64,000 bases of DNA, from the NCBI GenBank assembly GCA_030390025.1, contig CM059432.1:31560001-31624000 (forward strand), written 5' to 3'. A program made the translations under genes and the position numbers. Below are positions 24,763-39,700 of the stretch, piece after piece. Under the pieces are notes generated by a model that searched no databases, had not been told where the DNA came from, and saw only the letters and a program-made list of their open reading frames with translations. Each line of letters opens with the position of its first letter. Within the stretch, counting starts at the first letter, position 1. The DNA is from Squalus acanthias. Taxonomy: Eukaryota.

Positions 24763-27700
24763 GAGAGAGAGAGGAGAGAGAGAGAATTTGTTTTGCAACC
24801 AAGTCCTCCCAGGCAGTCTCTGAAGACATTCAATGCAGCAGCATCAGAGGCGACTTTCAGACCTAATACTACTACTACCTTCATCACAATACTACTACTA
24901 CCTTCATCACATCTCCGTTGTAATAGTGGACCTGCAGCTGATAGTCAGCTATCCACTTGTGCTCCCGCCAGGTTTCACTGGCGTGTTTCACATCAGGCGT
25001 ACTTCACGTCGGAAAAGGGTTAAACTAGCTAAAATGTTTCAAAATGGCATTACAGAGCCAATTTAGGGCTTGTTAAGGGCTTTAATGGCCTCTCCCGCCT
25101 CTTGGAGGCGGGACGGAGTCGGAACCCCGCGACCGATTTTGTCAAAATTGCGTAGAGGCGGAATGGAGTCGGGATGGGGTCGGGACCCCCGAATCTGCAA
25201 CTTTAACCCCCCACACGCCTCCAAACCTGACTCCACGGGTCATTGAAAATCCAGCCCATTGTATCTGTCTTCACGGTAGAAGACACAAAAAACATTCCAG
25301 AAATAATGGGGAACCAAGGGTCTAGAGTGAATGAGGAACTGAAAGAAATCAGTATAAGTAAAGACATAGTACTGGAGAAATTAATGGGACTAAGTGGCGA
25401 CAAATTTCCTGGACCTGATGAGCTGCATCCTAGGGTTTTAAAAGAGGTAGCTGCAGAGATAGTGGATGCACTGGTATTAATCTTCCAGAATTCCCTAGAT
25501 TCTAGAACAGTCCCCAAGGATTGGAAGGTAGAAAACATAACCCCGCTATTTAAGAAAGGAGGAAGAGAAAAAAACAGGGAACTATAGGCCAGTTAGCCTG
25601 ACATCAGTAGTAGGAAAAATGCTAGAATCTATTATTAGGGATGTGATAGATAGTAGATTGGCGGTTAGGATCAGATCAGCCATGATCTTATTGAATGGCG
25701 GAGCAGGCTCGAGGGGCCGATTGGCCTACTCCTGCTCCTATTTCTTATGTTCTTATGTTCTTATGTGGTAACAGGGCACTTAGAAAATCATAATATGATT
25801 AGGCAGAGTCAACATGCTTTTCAAAAAGGGAAATTCTGTTTGACAAATCTGTTAAGAGTTTTTCGGAGATGTAACTAGTAGGATGGATAAGGAGGAACCA
25901 GTGGATGTGGTGTATTTGGATTTTCAAAAAGCATTCGATAAGGTGCCACACAAGAGGTTATTACACAAAATTAGGACTCATGGTATTGGGGGTAATATAT
26001 TAGCATGGATTGAGGATTGGTTAATGGACAGAAAACAGAGAGTAAGAATAAACGGGACTTTTTCAGGTTGGCAGGCTGTAACTAGCGGGGTCAGTGCTTG
26101 GGCCTCAGCTATTTGCAATTTATATTAATGACTTAGATGAAGGGACTGAGTATAATGTATCCAAGTTTGCTGATGATACAAAGTTAGGTAGGATAGTAAG
26201 CTGTGAGGAGGACGCACAGAGGCTGCAGAGAGATATAGACATGTTGACTGAGTGGGCAAGAACATGACAAATGGATTACAATGTGGGGAAGTGTGAAGTT
26301 AGCCACTTTGGTAGGAAAAACAAAAAAGCAGAATATTTTTGAATGGTGAGAGGCTGGGAAATGTTTGCACTCAGAGGAACCTGGGTATCCTTGTACATGA
26401 ATCACAGAAAGTTAACATGCAGGTACAGTAAGCAATTAGGAAAGCAAATGGTATGTTAGCTTTTGTTACAAAGGGATTAGAGTATAAGAATAAAGAAGTC
26501 TTACTACAATTATACAGGTCATGATGCGGAGATGCCGGTGTTGGACTGGGGTGGACAAAAATGAGAAGTCGCACAACACCAGGTTATAGTCCAACAGTTT
26601 TATTTGAAATCACAAGCTTTCGGAGCTTACGTGGCCCCTTCATTTAAATGTAGTCGTCTGCCATTGTAAGTTACACATGCATTGTTCTCTATCTATATAT
26701 GCTTTGTCGAGTCTGTATTTCTTTACTTCACCTGAGGAAGGGGCCACGTAAGCTCCGAAAGCTTGTGATTTCAAATAAAACTGTTGGACTATAACCTGGT
26801 GTTGTGCGACTTCTCATTTTTTTACAATTATACAGGGCATTGATGAGGCCACACCTGGAGTACAGTTCTGATCTCCTTACCTAAGGAAAGACATAGAGGG
26901 AGTGCAGCGAAGGTTCACTGGACTGGTTCCTGGGATGAGGGGATTGCCCTATGAGGAGAGATTGAGTAGACTAGGCCTATATTCATTAGAGTTTAGAAGA
27001 AGGAGATCTAATTGAAACATATAAAATTCTTAAGGGGCTTGACAGGGTTAATGCTGGGAAAATGTTTCCCCTGGCTGGGGAATCTAGAACACGAGGTCAC
27101 AGTCACAAAATAAGGGGTAGGCCATTTAGGACTGAGATGAGGAGAAATTTCTTCACTCAAAGGGTTGTGAATCTTTGGAATTCTCTATCCGTGGATGCTC
27201 AGTCGTTGAGTATATTCAAGACAGAGGTCGATAAATTTTTGGGAACAAAGGGAATTAAGGGATATGGGGATAGTGCGGGAAGGTGGAGTTGAGGTAGAAG
27301 ATCAGCCATGATCTTGTTGAATGGTGGAGCAGGCTTGAAGGGCCAAATGGCCTACTAATTTTGGACAAGTAGGTGTTCGCTATGAAGTATTTCTTTACAC
27401 AGAGGAAGTTCAGCAGCTGCTGCATGTTGCCAGGAAGGGTAGTTGTAGTGAGGACACTGGAATCATTTAAAAAGCCACAAGCTGTAATAGGTGATGGTAG
27501 GGTTGGTATTCACTTTTTCTATCCTCAAGCTATTTATTTACTTGGGTATGTGGGCATCGCTGGCAAAGCCAGTATTTATTGCCCATTTCTAGTTGCCCTT
27601 GCTCTGCTCCTTTAAGACCTTTCTAAAAACCCACATCTTTGACCAAGCTTTCGGTCACCCTCCTAATGTTTCCTTCTTTTTGCTGAGCATCTGTGGAAAA

Positions 27701-30700
27701 TTTTCAGTGTTCTTGTTCCATGTGCTACAGCGCCCAGAGTTAATCAGTAATTTTAATGGATTTTTATTTTAAAGAAAAAAAGCCCCAGACAGAAACATTT
27801 ATTCTCTTTCTGTCAGTAGACATGCCATTTTCTGATATGAAGTGTTGTTATGAAAATGCTGTTGAAAGTCTTGGGAATCAAAAGAATCAGTGTTAACTTA
27901 TCAGTAACAAGCTTTCCTGTCAGACTCTAGCCTGACTGTTAAACCATTAAGGGAAATCTAGGAGGACATTACTTACTCCCAGTCCTCCCCACCCATGCTA
28001 CTGTGGAGTGCATTTGATAACTCCAGTCCTTGGGCTGACAGTCCAGTAAGGTCATGGAGCATTCAGATGTACTGTCTTTCTGAGGAGACATTAAACAGAG
28101 GACTCGTCTGCCCTCTCAGGTTGATGTAAAAGATCCCATGGCACTAATCTGAAGAAGAGCAGTGGAGTCCTGGCCAACCTTTATCCCTCAACAAACACCT
28201 TAAATACAGATTATCTGGGCATTTATCACATTGCTGTTTTTGGGACCTTGCTGTGCGTAAACTGCCGACAGCGTTTTCTATATTACAACAGTGACTACAC
28301 TTCAAATGCACGTTATTGGCCGTAAAGTGCTTTGAGATGTCCTGGGGTTGTGAAAGGCGCTATATAAATGCAAGTCTTGCTTTTCTTTCGAAATGAATAC
28401 ATAGCCGTTCTACTGCTTATATATAGCAGATAATATACAGAAAGGTTCACTTTAAGTGGATTTTTTTTGACCAAAAATTAGAACTAATAAAATGATCTTC
28501 TGTAAGAGTTAAACTGTGCACTCTGCACTCACAAAAACCAGTAGCACTTCAATGTCAAGACTGCTTTCAGACGTACTGAGGTACACAAACCTTTGTGGGA
28601 ACTAGTAGAGGAAGTTAGCCTAAGCTGCCAATGTTGCAGGAAGCGCATGATTAACAAAAACCAACTGGAGTCAGTCTTCTGATAACAAAAAATGTGTCTT
28701 TGGCTGTAGACGTAAATATCCATCTTTGAGGGTAAACCCGTTAATTTAAAACTGACTCTAGCACAAAATAAGCTCCAAACAAAAATAATGAATTTCACAG
28801 CTCCCCCATCAACTTCCTGGGTAAATGCACTGGCCCCAAATGTACTCATATTGGTGGGTTCCTGCCGTAACTCCGGAGGGATCCAGTGGAACTATCTGAA
28901 ACTCCGTCCGGACCCAGATGCATGGGATCCCAGCCTACGCGGAAGTTTGTAGTGGCCTTGTTTGATGCCCCTGACCCCCTCCCCACACAAGGCCACTGCT
29001 GTGAAAAGATTAGCGCCAAGGCTGGAGGCTTGTCACACTGGGAGTTCCTGCTTCCTCAGTCTTAGTGGGATTCGGCCAGATGCCAAATGAGATGAGGTGC
29101 ACCAGCTTCCAGAAGGGCGCAAGTGAGCCCCATCAAGTGAGGAGGGTGGGTGGCCAGGCCAGGGGTGGATCTAGACCCCCAAAGATGGCTGATCATTTTT
29201 TTTTTAATTATTATGTTCCCATCTCTCCCCGGCGACCCCTCCCCCATCCACGCCCCACCTCGGGACTCCTAAGTTACGGCAGAGTTTCTGCAGTCTTTGC
29301 CAGGTGGGGGGGTGTTGCAGATACATCCACACCGCACCGAAGACCCGCGCCCGCAGAGTTCTCCGCCTGAACCCTTACAAATTTTGATGGGGTCAGTGGT
29401 GGAGTTCCGTGATTGCCGAGAACCTGCCCGTGCAAATTTTCAGGCCCGTTGTGCATTTTGGGAATGCCTGCTCTATGCTGAGTTAGTTGATCTCAGCCAG
29501 CCCAACAGTTGGGGCAGGGGGGGGGGGGGGGCGGAGATGGTGGCAGGGGGCGCTACAATTAACCTCTGACTCTGGGCTATGAGGAGGAAAATAAAACAAT
29601 AAACAGCCACTTTTCTTGCTCCTTGTCACTATCCAATGTCTCTTTCTAGAAAGTGTGGATGTGTGTGAACATCAGTTGAGGACAGGACTGAACACTACTG
29701 TAATACCTTCCCTAGCCAAATAGCCTACCACACTCAGTGTTTCGGCTCACACATGAAGAATGGACACTTGGCCAAGGTACCAGAGTAGCGACCTAGGAGC
29801 CAAAATTCAGGGGTCTTCAACAATAACTACAACTGCAACAACTTCCATTAATGTAGTCCCTTTAATGTAACAAATGTCCAAAATCGCTTTACAAAGAGAG
29901 AGTGAACACCAAGTAGGAGGGGGGATCAGGGGATGTCGCAGAAAGTGCGGTTGAAGAGGATTATTTTGAGGAGATTTTTGAAAGTGGTGAGAGCTGTGAT
30001 GAGGAAGGGAATTCCACAGTGCAGAGGCCTTGTTAACCAACGGTGGAGCGGGGTTCAGGCAGAAAGGTGCACAGAAGACCAGAGCCAGGGGCGTGCGCTG
30101 GAGAAGGCTGCAGAAATAGTGTGTGGCAAGGCCATGAAGGGAGTTATAAACTATGACATTCAAGGTCAAGGAGCCAGTGGAGGTTGGCGAGGACAGGGTT
30201 GCTGGGTACATGGGAATTAGTGCCATATAGGACTTGGACAACAGAATTCTGGATGAGACAGGATGAGACTGACAAAAATAATGACGTTAATGAAAAAGGG
30301 GCTGAGAACAGTGGTGCTGCCCATCTCAGTACAGGGTGCTGTGCAACAGTGAAGATGGGTTTGATTCCCTTTCTGTTGAATTCTCAAATCTCTAGACATT
30401 CAACTGGGGTAAGGAAAAGGGAGGAAAAAACCACAACTGAGAAATCATCACGGGTCTTCCCTACAACAACAACTTGCATTTATATAGCAGTAGTAAAAAT
30501 TTGTAATGTAGTAAAACGTCCCAAGACGCTTACTCATTTATACCTGCAGTTTCAGAAAATAGGCCCAGGAGTAGGTTGACTATCCGCGCTCGCAGTCAAG
30601 GGAAAAAGTGAGATCAGCTAATCTAGAACAGGCTGGCAACCACATTGGGTCCTTCTTGGTCAGTACGGCTCAGCTATTCACTGGATAAACCCGGAGAGCC

Positions 30701-33700
30701 ACATGGGAGCCTAACAATATCGCACCTTTGCTGGTTATTTTACGTAACAAGGTTGTACCAGCTAGCTCACCTGTCGACAGTTTCCGATGTCGCTCATTCC
30801 CCTTATACAACGATCCCAACAAGTCTCCCATAGACTTAGACATTCTAATTTCAGGTAGCTTCTCTGTGGTTTTGCAGTTCACCTGTCAGAATCGCATAGA
30901 AATAACATAAATAATAAATTGTTTAAGCAGCAGAATTGATAAACTAAAAACAAAATGCTCATGCTGGAAATCGGAGTAGAGAGATAATGCTGAGTAAGCC
31001 TATCAGCATCTGAGAGACAAAGTTAGGTTAACATTTTGGGTGAAGAACCTTGTGTTCTGATAAAGGATCTATGTCTGAAATATTAACCTGTCTTTTCTCT
31101 TTCAGATGCTGACAGACACGCTGCCTATTTCCAGCACTTTCTGTTCTCGATTTTAACTGAAGTGTTTTTGGCGTAATGTTGATGCTGTTGTACATTGCTG
31201 CTACATAATTCCACGGTTGCAGTTTTCAGGAGGAAACTGTTCATTTGAGCTTGGAGGCACACGGTTTGCAGCACTGCTTATTTTCACTAACCTCTTTACA
31301 AAACAACTCACTTAGAGATCTGACTTCTAATTTCTTTTTTCTCTCTATTTGTTTTGAATATTTGTTTAAACCATAGTTGCTGATAGTATCACGGGTAGCA
31401 AACTGAATGGAATTACTGAGCCCGACGGTGTGAGGGAGCTGGATTAACAACAGGAGAGATACAATCAATAACACTGGCTGGGAGGAATTACGAAGCCTGA
31501 CAGTGTGATGGAGCGGGATTAACAAGAGGAGTATAGTCAGTTACTGGGTGCTGACTGAGAGGAATCATTAATTCTGATTGTATGAGGTAACTGGATTATC
31601 AAGTCAGATACAGCCAGTAACATTGGGCACTGAATGAACCCCACACTGAATAACATCAATAGAACTACTGTGGAATCATTAGTACAGAGCACTGGTTAAG
31701 AATAGTTACTGAACCTAACAGTGCAAGGGAGTTGGATTAACATCAATAGGTATATTGTACAGCATTAATGTAAGGTGCTGGTTGAGAGGAATTACGGAGT
31801 CATACAGTGCCAGGAAGCAGTATTATCAACTAAAACAGGGAAGATTGTTGGTTCTAGTAAATATTTGAATGTGATTTTTGATCTTGTAAATCATGCATCA
31901 GGACTCTTTGATTGTCTATCACAGGAAAGCATGCATTCACAACATGACCTTGCCAACTGCAAGCTGATCTCATATTTCATGCCAGGTGGGAGTTCCAAAG
32001 CCAAGCTAATACAGAGCTCAAGCATATTAATTGCTTGGCTCCGAAGAATTTCCAGTTATATATGTGGCCCATGCTTGCAATGCAGTGATGGAAGTCAGGA
32101 ATTTTACCCTTCCCTACAGTTCACAGTTTAGGGCCAACCAGGACCTAGAGGCAGAGGAGAGGACAGCAACAAGGCTGGTCCTGTGTTGGAGTAATGATGT
32201 GACAAGCTTCAGCCTCAGAAAGAGATGTCTTGGAGTGGAGATTATAGAGGCATACAAGATACTTAATCGGATATAGAAAGTAAACCCAGGGCAACACTTT
32301 CAAATATGCAGGACAAGAAGTGAGAGGTTCAGGGTTATGAAGGACAAGTTTAGGACAGACATCAGGAAATCTTTCTTGACACAAAAGGTGATCAACTGGT
32401 TGCCAGGAAGAGTGGTTGTGACCAGGACATTGGGCTTATTTAAGAAACAGCTAGCGGATGTAATAGCAAGATGGTAGGGTTGTAATGGGAAGACAATGCG
32501 GTTGTCATGGTAGTGTTGGTATTCTGGAAGGATGAGAGCAAAAATGGCCAAAGATCCTTATTCATCCAAACCTATCTTTCAATGTTCACACTACACCAAT
32601 GCTTCCATTGCCACCTGCATGACTTGTATGAAGAGTCTATCAGCCAAATCCTAACAAATAGCTTTGACTCAAGAAAAATATAGGTAAAAGTATTTATTAT
32701 ACAAGAAAACTCACATGGCTGTTTTTTCGAGGCATAACTGAAATCCTCAGGCTTTTCATACTAGAATTGAGGTCCAAGTGCTCAACTGCTTTGTCCAATT
32801 CATTCTGGCATCGTAATGGAGTGCGAAGCTATATGGTAATTTATAAACACACACAAACAAAGTTAAGAGAATGTGCAGATCAGTGCATAACTAGAAACTC
32901 TCCAGGCTTGACTTCCCCAGCACATTTCTCACTGAGTTTCATCTTACACAAGCCTGAACTCAACAAGAATTCCACTGCCTGGATCCTATTGTGTACTAAG
33001 CCCCACTCATTTATCACACTTATCTTTGTTTATCAGCATTGGCTCTCTGTCCCCCAGTGCATTGATTTCACAATCCTCATTTTCATTTACAAGCCATTCA
33101 CTCCCGCCATATCTCTCAACCTCCTCCATCCCTACACCTTACAATCTCCTCACTCGTCCACTCAGCCTGCTCTCTTTTTTGCTTCACCATCCAAGGCACA
33201 GCCCTCATGGTTGCACTGTGCAATTCTCTACTTGAACTCCTACAACACAGCCCACCTTCAAAAGCTACTCAAAAACTACCTCTTCGACCACCGTCTTGGG
33301 CACCTCCCATGACTCTACTTCCAACCCCTTCATCCCCCCGTCCCCCCACCCCACCAACACCACGCTCAATGTCTGAAAAAAGTGATAGTAGGGACACCAG
33401 AGGCCTGACCCCACAGGCCGCACCCACACAAATTCCCACCCACACCAATTATTATTCTCAACAATAAATTATCTGATTCATCAGTTATCAAACTCTTTCA
33501 CACTGGGTCCATCAACAAACTCACCCTATCACACCCCTATTGCCAAAGTCTGAAAAACAAATATATCTCCTCCTTCACTTATGCAATCATAAAATCATAC
33601 AGAACAGAAGGAGGTCATTCGGCCCACCCTGCCTATGCTTCTTGCTCTCCTTCTCCACTTTTATTTCATTCTCTCCCTCACTTTTATCTCTCTATTATTC

Positions 33701-36700
33701 ATATTTTTCTCTCCTTCTTTTTCCTTCTCTTCCTTACCTCTGCCACCATTTTCTTTTCCCTCCCATGCCTGTAGCATTGGAGCCTGCCGTACAGGGAAAC
33801 TGCATAGCAACATGGGAAAGACAGGGGAGCCAGGATTTCAAAAGGAGCCAAGCAGTGAAGTAAATATTGACAAACAGGCTGATGCTAAATGTTGGTTGGG
33901 ACATTCTTGACCATCTGGTGTGATGGTTACACTGGTGACCGCACAGACATTATGCGCATTGTGCAGAAAGCTAATAACTAACAAATTAAGCACGCAGAGC
34001 ATTAGAAAAATGTACCTCATTGTTAATAAAGTGTAACTCCATTTGCTGTCCAAAAGCATCATTGACCTTTTGTAGCATGTCTTTCAACTTTACTGGTCTT
34101 GGGAACTGCATGATCCTTTTAAAAAAAGAAATCCTCAGATTACATAAAAGATTACAATCCCTTAATGAAGAAGCAAGAACCTCATAGCAGTTTTTGGGAA
34201 TCTAAAATAGCTTTAAGGTCCATCAATGTTCTCCCTCCCTTCACCTCCTGGTATCTCAAACAATAGCCACCCTCTAGGTCTAGGTCAAGTGGTCATTCTT
34301 CCTAATGTGAGCCAATACAGTGAATGTTTGCAGGTTTTTCTTAAGGCTTGTTTCTTTTTATAGAAAGGAATTTCCCTATTTCTGAATTCTGATCATTCTC
34401 GCCAGACTGTACAGATTCTACAGACAGGGCATAACTACAGATTAATCAAGTATACAGATTGCTAGAAAAGCTAAGGGGGATGGGTGAGGAAATCACTGAC
34501 AAAGCCAATCCTGGCCTCACCTAACATCCACACGCATGAACATCCTTTCGAGCAGGGAGCTCTGTTCAGTGATCAGTTGTGTAAAACCAGATGTATTCCT
34601 TCCCCCCTCTACCGCCACCCACCTGCATTTCCCCCCGGCCTAGCAGGGAGATACAGAGGTGAATTGCAGCTCCCCCAATGCCACTCTAGTTGAAATTAAC
34701 CAACTCAACCTTGGACCTTGCAAGTGTGTAGTCCATATCACACCGGGCAATGTTATGCATTGTCATTAGAGGAAGCTTTTTTAAAAATTGATTTCTCACA
34801 TAATTTTGCTAATTGATTTACTTTTACAAATTTCCATTTAGAAAGCCAAAACCAGTGAAGTCCTTACATACAGAAATCTGGTCAAAGTCATAATAAATGA
34901 AACAAAAGACTTTTTGTTAAATAATCTAAAAATATAACTTGCCTTTTTTCTTCTTCATGCTCAAACTTGATCCTCACCTCACTCTGCAAAAACAGAGAAA
35001 TGATTACCAGAACCAAAATGGTAGAAAAAATAACTTATACTACTTCACCAAGATCATGGATGCATAGAATCATAGAAGATAGGAGCAGGAGTAGGCCATT
35101 CGGCCCCTCTAGCCTGCTCCGCCATTCAATGCGATCATGGCTGATCATCCAAATTCAGTACCCTGTCCCTGCTTTCTCCCCATATCCCTTGATCTCTTTA
35201 GCCTTAAGAAATATATCCAACTCCTTCTTGAATCTATTTAATGAATTGGCCTCTACTGCCTTCTGTGGCAGAGAATTCCACAGGTTCACCACTCTCTGGG
35301 TGAAGAAATTCCTCCTCATTTCTGTCCTAAATGGCTTACCCCTTACCCTTAGCATTGGCCATCCCTGCTGGTTTGACACTGCTGGGACAAGCTATCAACA
35401 ACGACTTGCAGAGTTCTTGGAGGGTTGTAAGGCTGGAGGAGGTTACTGAGATAGGTAGGGGCGGCAGAGTTTTGGATGAGCTAAAGTTTAAGTTAAAGCA
35501 TCGAAGATGGGATGCCGACCAGGAGAACATTGGAATAGTCGGATTTCAGCAGCAGGTGGACTGAGGCACGGGCAGAGATGGCCGATATTATGGAAGTGGA
35601 AGTACGTGGTCTTCAAGGAATATCATTGAAGTTTTCTGGCAGAGGTAAGATACCTCCACCCACCAGCCGCGCGTATTGGTAACATGCCCGTGATTGTTCG
35701 AAATGCACTCACCAATGACATATACTGGGAAAGTTTATGTTTATAAATAGGTTTGAACAGACAACTGGATGACAAGTTAACTATTCCAGTGCTCGCCTGG
35801 CTGGCCTCCCATCTTCCATCCTCCATAAACTGGAGCTCATCCAAAACTCTGCTGCCCGTATCCTAACTCGCAACAAGTACCGTCCACCCATCACCCCTGT
35901 GCTTGCTGACCTACACTGGCTCCCAGTCCAGCAATGCCTCAAATATAAAGTTCCCATCCATGTGTTCAAATCCCTCCACAGCCTCAGCCCTCCCTATCTC
36001 TACAACCGCATCCAACCCTATATCCCTCCGAGAACTCTGCGTTCCTCCAAATCTGGCACAGACATGTTGGGCCAAATGGCCTCCTAATGTGTGGTAAATT
36101 TCTATGATTTTATGAATCCCAGTGAGCTCTGTGTAGTTGAGAGGTGGCTATGTGGTGAAGAGCTAGGTCCTGAGGATGCAGGAGATAGGTCTCAGGGAGT
36201 AGACAAGCTCAATGAGACAGAGAAGGAGATGGGGGAGAAGCTACAGAGTGATATGAGGAGAAGTTGGCAAAGTTAGGAGTGCTCTCCTTGGAAAAGAGAA
36301 GGTTAAGAGGTGACCTAACCTTCAAGATGATGAAGTTTTGATAGAGTAGATAGACAACAATTATTCCCTCTGGCGAGTGTGTCAATAACTAGAGGTCATA
36401 GATTCAAAATCATTGGAAAAAGATCTAGAGGGAAGATGAGGAGAACTTGTTTGACTCAGATTTGTCGGGATCTGGAACGCACTACCTGAAAATCGGAAGC
36501 TGATTCAATAAATAATTTTAAAAGTGATTTGGACAGGTACTTGAGGATAAGGAACTTACAGTGTTACGGACAAAAAGCAGGGGTGTGGGACTAAGCACGA
36601 CTGCTCTTTCAAAGAGTCAGCATAGGTATGATGGGCCTCTTGTGCTGTAGGACAAAGCAGCCCGCTTGATCAGCACCCCATCCACCACCTTAAACATTCA

Positions 36701-39700
36701 CTCCCTCCACCACCGGCGCACCGTGGCTGCAGTGTGTATCATCTACAAGATGCACTGCAGCAACTCGCCAAGGCTTCTTCGACAGCACCTCCCAAACCCG
36801 CGACCTCTACCACCTAGAAGGTTAAGGGCAGCAGGCGCATGGGAACACCATCACCTGCAAGTTCCCCTCCAAGTTACACACCATCCTGACTTAGAAGTAT
36901 ATCGCCGATCCTTCATCGTCGCTGGGTCAAAATCCTGGAACTCCCTCCCTAACAGCATTGTGGGAGTACCTTCACTACAAGGACTACAGCGGTTCAAGAA
37001 GGCGGCTCACCACCACCTTCTCAAGGGCAAGTAGGGATGGGCAATAACTGCTGGCCTTGCCAGCGACGCCCATATTCCAGGAAGGATTTTTTTTTAATTT
37101 CTATGATGCTATGATTCTATATGAGGACGATCCAAGTGTTGGGGGTTGTTGGGTGCAGGTAGGAACGTGAGCAGATAGTTTTAAACTTTGTGATGAAAAA
37201 AAATTCACGAGTTCCTCTCACTTGCCATTTGGGGGGGGGGGGGGAAGACAAAAGGAGCAGAGGAAATAGGTCAGATGAGGAGGACTGTCATCGAAAGGAG
37301 GAGTCTGGGATGTCAACACTTATATGTATGTCCGTGTGCTCTAAACTGAACATAAAATATATTGAAGAAAAATTAGCTATTATTTTTTCCAAAGGCAACT
37401 ATTTCTGCAGCTAGGGAAGGGCCTTGCTAGTCATTCAGAATAATAGCAAACGCTAAATGATATTCCTAAGTGGAACACACCCTCAGTAAGAAACTAGCCA
37501 GAGTCAACTGAAACAGATAATAAAGGAATGCTTTGATGTACATACACTGACATGGAAAAGGGAGGAAAGCCAGTTCTTTTAACTGTTGAAAACTGAGGAG
37601 GAGCTGGAAATCAAACTGAGAAACTCGAAACTTAGAATGGGATATAAACTGTGATTGTCAACATGAGCAAGTCGAGTAGCAGAGAATTCACTGACTATAA
37701 GCTTCCAGCTCTGCTGATAGCCAGAATGATTACAGCATTCTTGGCAGAGCTCCAAAACAATCAAGAGTAAAAGTAAACTGACTCAGGAATGCCCAGTGCT
37801 GCACCCATAAGAAGCACAGGACTAAACATTCTCCAAAGGCCTGAATTGGCAGTGTCCCTTTCCCTGTGAGGCCCATGCCATGTAGTCACTGAGACTGCAG
37901 CAAAGTGTCATGGCAGCAGTGTGAAATTTTTATGCCATATCCACTTTATAATAAACACAAAGGGTACAACTTAGAAATGTTATGTTTATGAGAGTAGACA
38001 GTGTTGGCAAGGCTGCATTTATTGCCCAGCCCTAGTTGACTTGAGAAGACAGTGGTGGGATAGACCACATCAGAGAGCACTCAGGTAACCACATAGTGTG
38101 AGACTGGAGTCACATGTAGGCTAACCAGGTAGTGGTAGGAACCAACTAGGCGTTTACAACAGTCCAGTGCCATTCATATTTACTTTTCTGGTGCTAGCCC
38201 ACAAATTACCAGATTTATAGAATTCAGCTTAATATGGTGGGATTTTAACTCGTGATCTCTGGGTTGCTAGTCAATTAACATAATCACAATACAGTAAACT
38301 CTTGTTTAAACGGCACTTAATCATCCAGAATACTTTAATAACCGGCAAAATAGATAACCGGTAATCTTGCCGAATCCATCCAGCACTCGTTTTGCCGAGT
38401 CCGAGTCTCCCGCGGTGGCCGAGTTAGTCAGTGGTTTTTATTTTTGTTTGTGTTAAAAATTACCTTGGTAGGTATACCTCTCTGTTATCCAGAATTTTTC
38501 ATCAAACGGCACCATCCTGGTCCCATAGGTGCCGGATAAAAACGAGTTTACTGTACTACTATCCTTCCAGGCCTGGGCTACACTTGAATTTTGAGCTGTA
38601 TAAAACCTGAGGTATTTTGCCTTATTGTCATTGGTTTTGGGACAGTGGGACTGTACCAGCCTCAAGCTGTTCCTCTCCCCCCGGTTATACTTCTCCCCCA
38701 AGGAGGCAATAGTTTAAATGAGAATCTGTCAGAATTCAAGACCCACAAAAGGTGGGTCTCCACTGCCATGAAACAACTACTTGTATAAATGTCCCACGGT
38801 ATTCCGCAAAGGGAAGTGGATGCTGAGCAGCAAGAAAAGAACAAAAATTGGGCAAAAAGATAGGTTTTGAGTGAGCTCTTATACAGGGGTTGGGGGTAAT
38901 ATATTAGCATGGATAGAGGATTGGCTAACTAACAGAAAACAGAGAGTCGGGATAAATGGGTCATTTTCAGATTGGCAAACTGTAACTAGTGGGTGCCGCA
39001 GGGATCAGTGCTGGGGCCTCAACTATTTACAATTTATATTAATGACTTGGATGAAGAAACCGAGTGTAATGTAGCCAAATTTGCTGATGATACAAAGATA
39101 AGTGGGAAAACAAATTGTGTGGAGGAAGCAAAGAATCTCCAAAGAGATATAGATAGGCTAAATGAGTGGGCAAAAATCTGGCAGATGGAGCATAATGTGG
39201 GAAAATGCGAGGTTATCCACTTTGGTTGGAAAAATAAAAAAGCAAATTATTATTTAAATGGGGAGAGATTACAAAATGTTGGGGAGCAGGCTTGGGGGAG
39301 AAATATAACCAGGGGAAGAGGAGCAGCATGAAGCTGGTATAGTACCACTGTCCCAAAACCAATGACAATAAGGCAAAATACCTCAGGTTTTATACAGAGG
39401 GATCTGGGGGTCCTCGTACATGAAACACAAAAAGTTAGCATGCAGGTACAGCAAGTAATTAGGAAGGCAAATGGAATGTTGGCCTTTATTGCAAAGGGGA
39501 TGGAGTATAAAAGTAGGGAAGTCCTGTTACAACTGTACAGGGCGCTGGTGAGATCACACCTGGAGTACTGTGTACAGTTTTGGTCTCCTTATTTAAGGAG
39601 GGATATACTTGCATTGGAGGCAGTTCAGAGAAGGTTCACTGGGTTGATTCCTGAGATGAAGGGGTTGTCTTATGAAGAAAGGTTGAGCAGGTTGGGCCTA

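Larger units (their letters stand above)
23848..27356 (+). mobile_element. CR1-clade LINE ORF2 remnant with three nested insertions (MITE 24456-25257, CR1 tail at about 25650-25765, PLE 26519-26822)
   Basis: [52 protein letters not shown] and the CR1 3' UTR. Confidence 0.92.
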
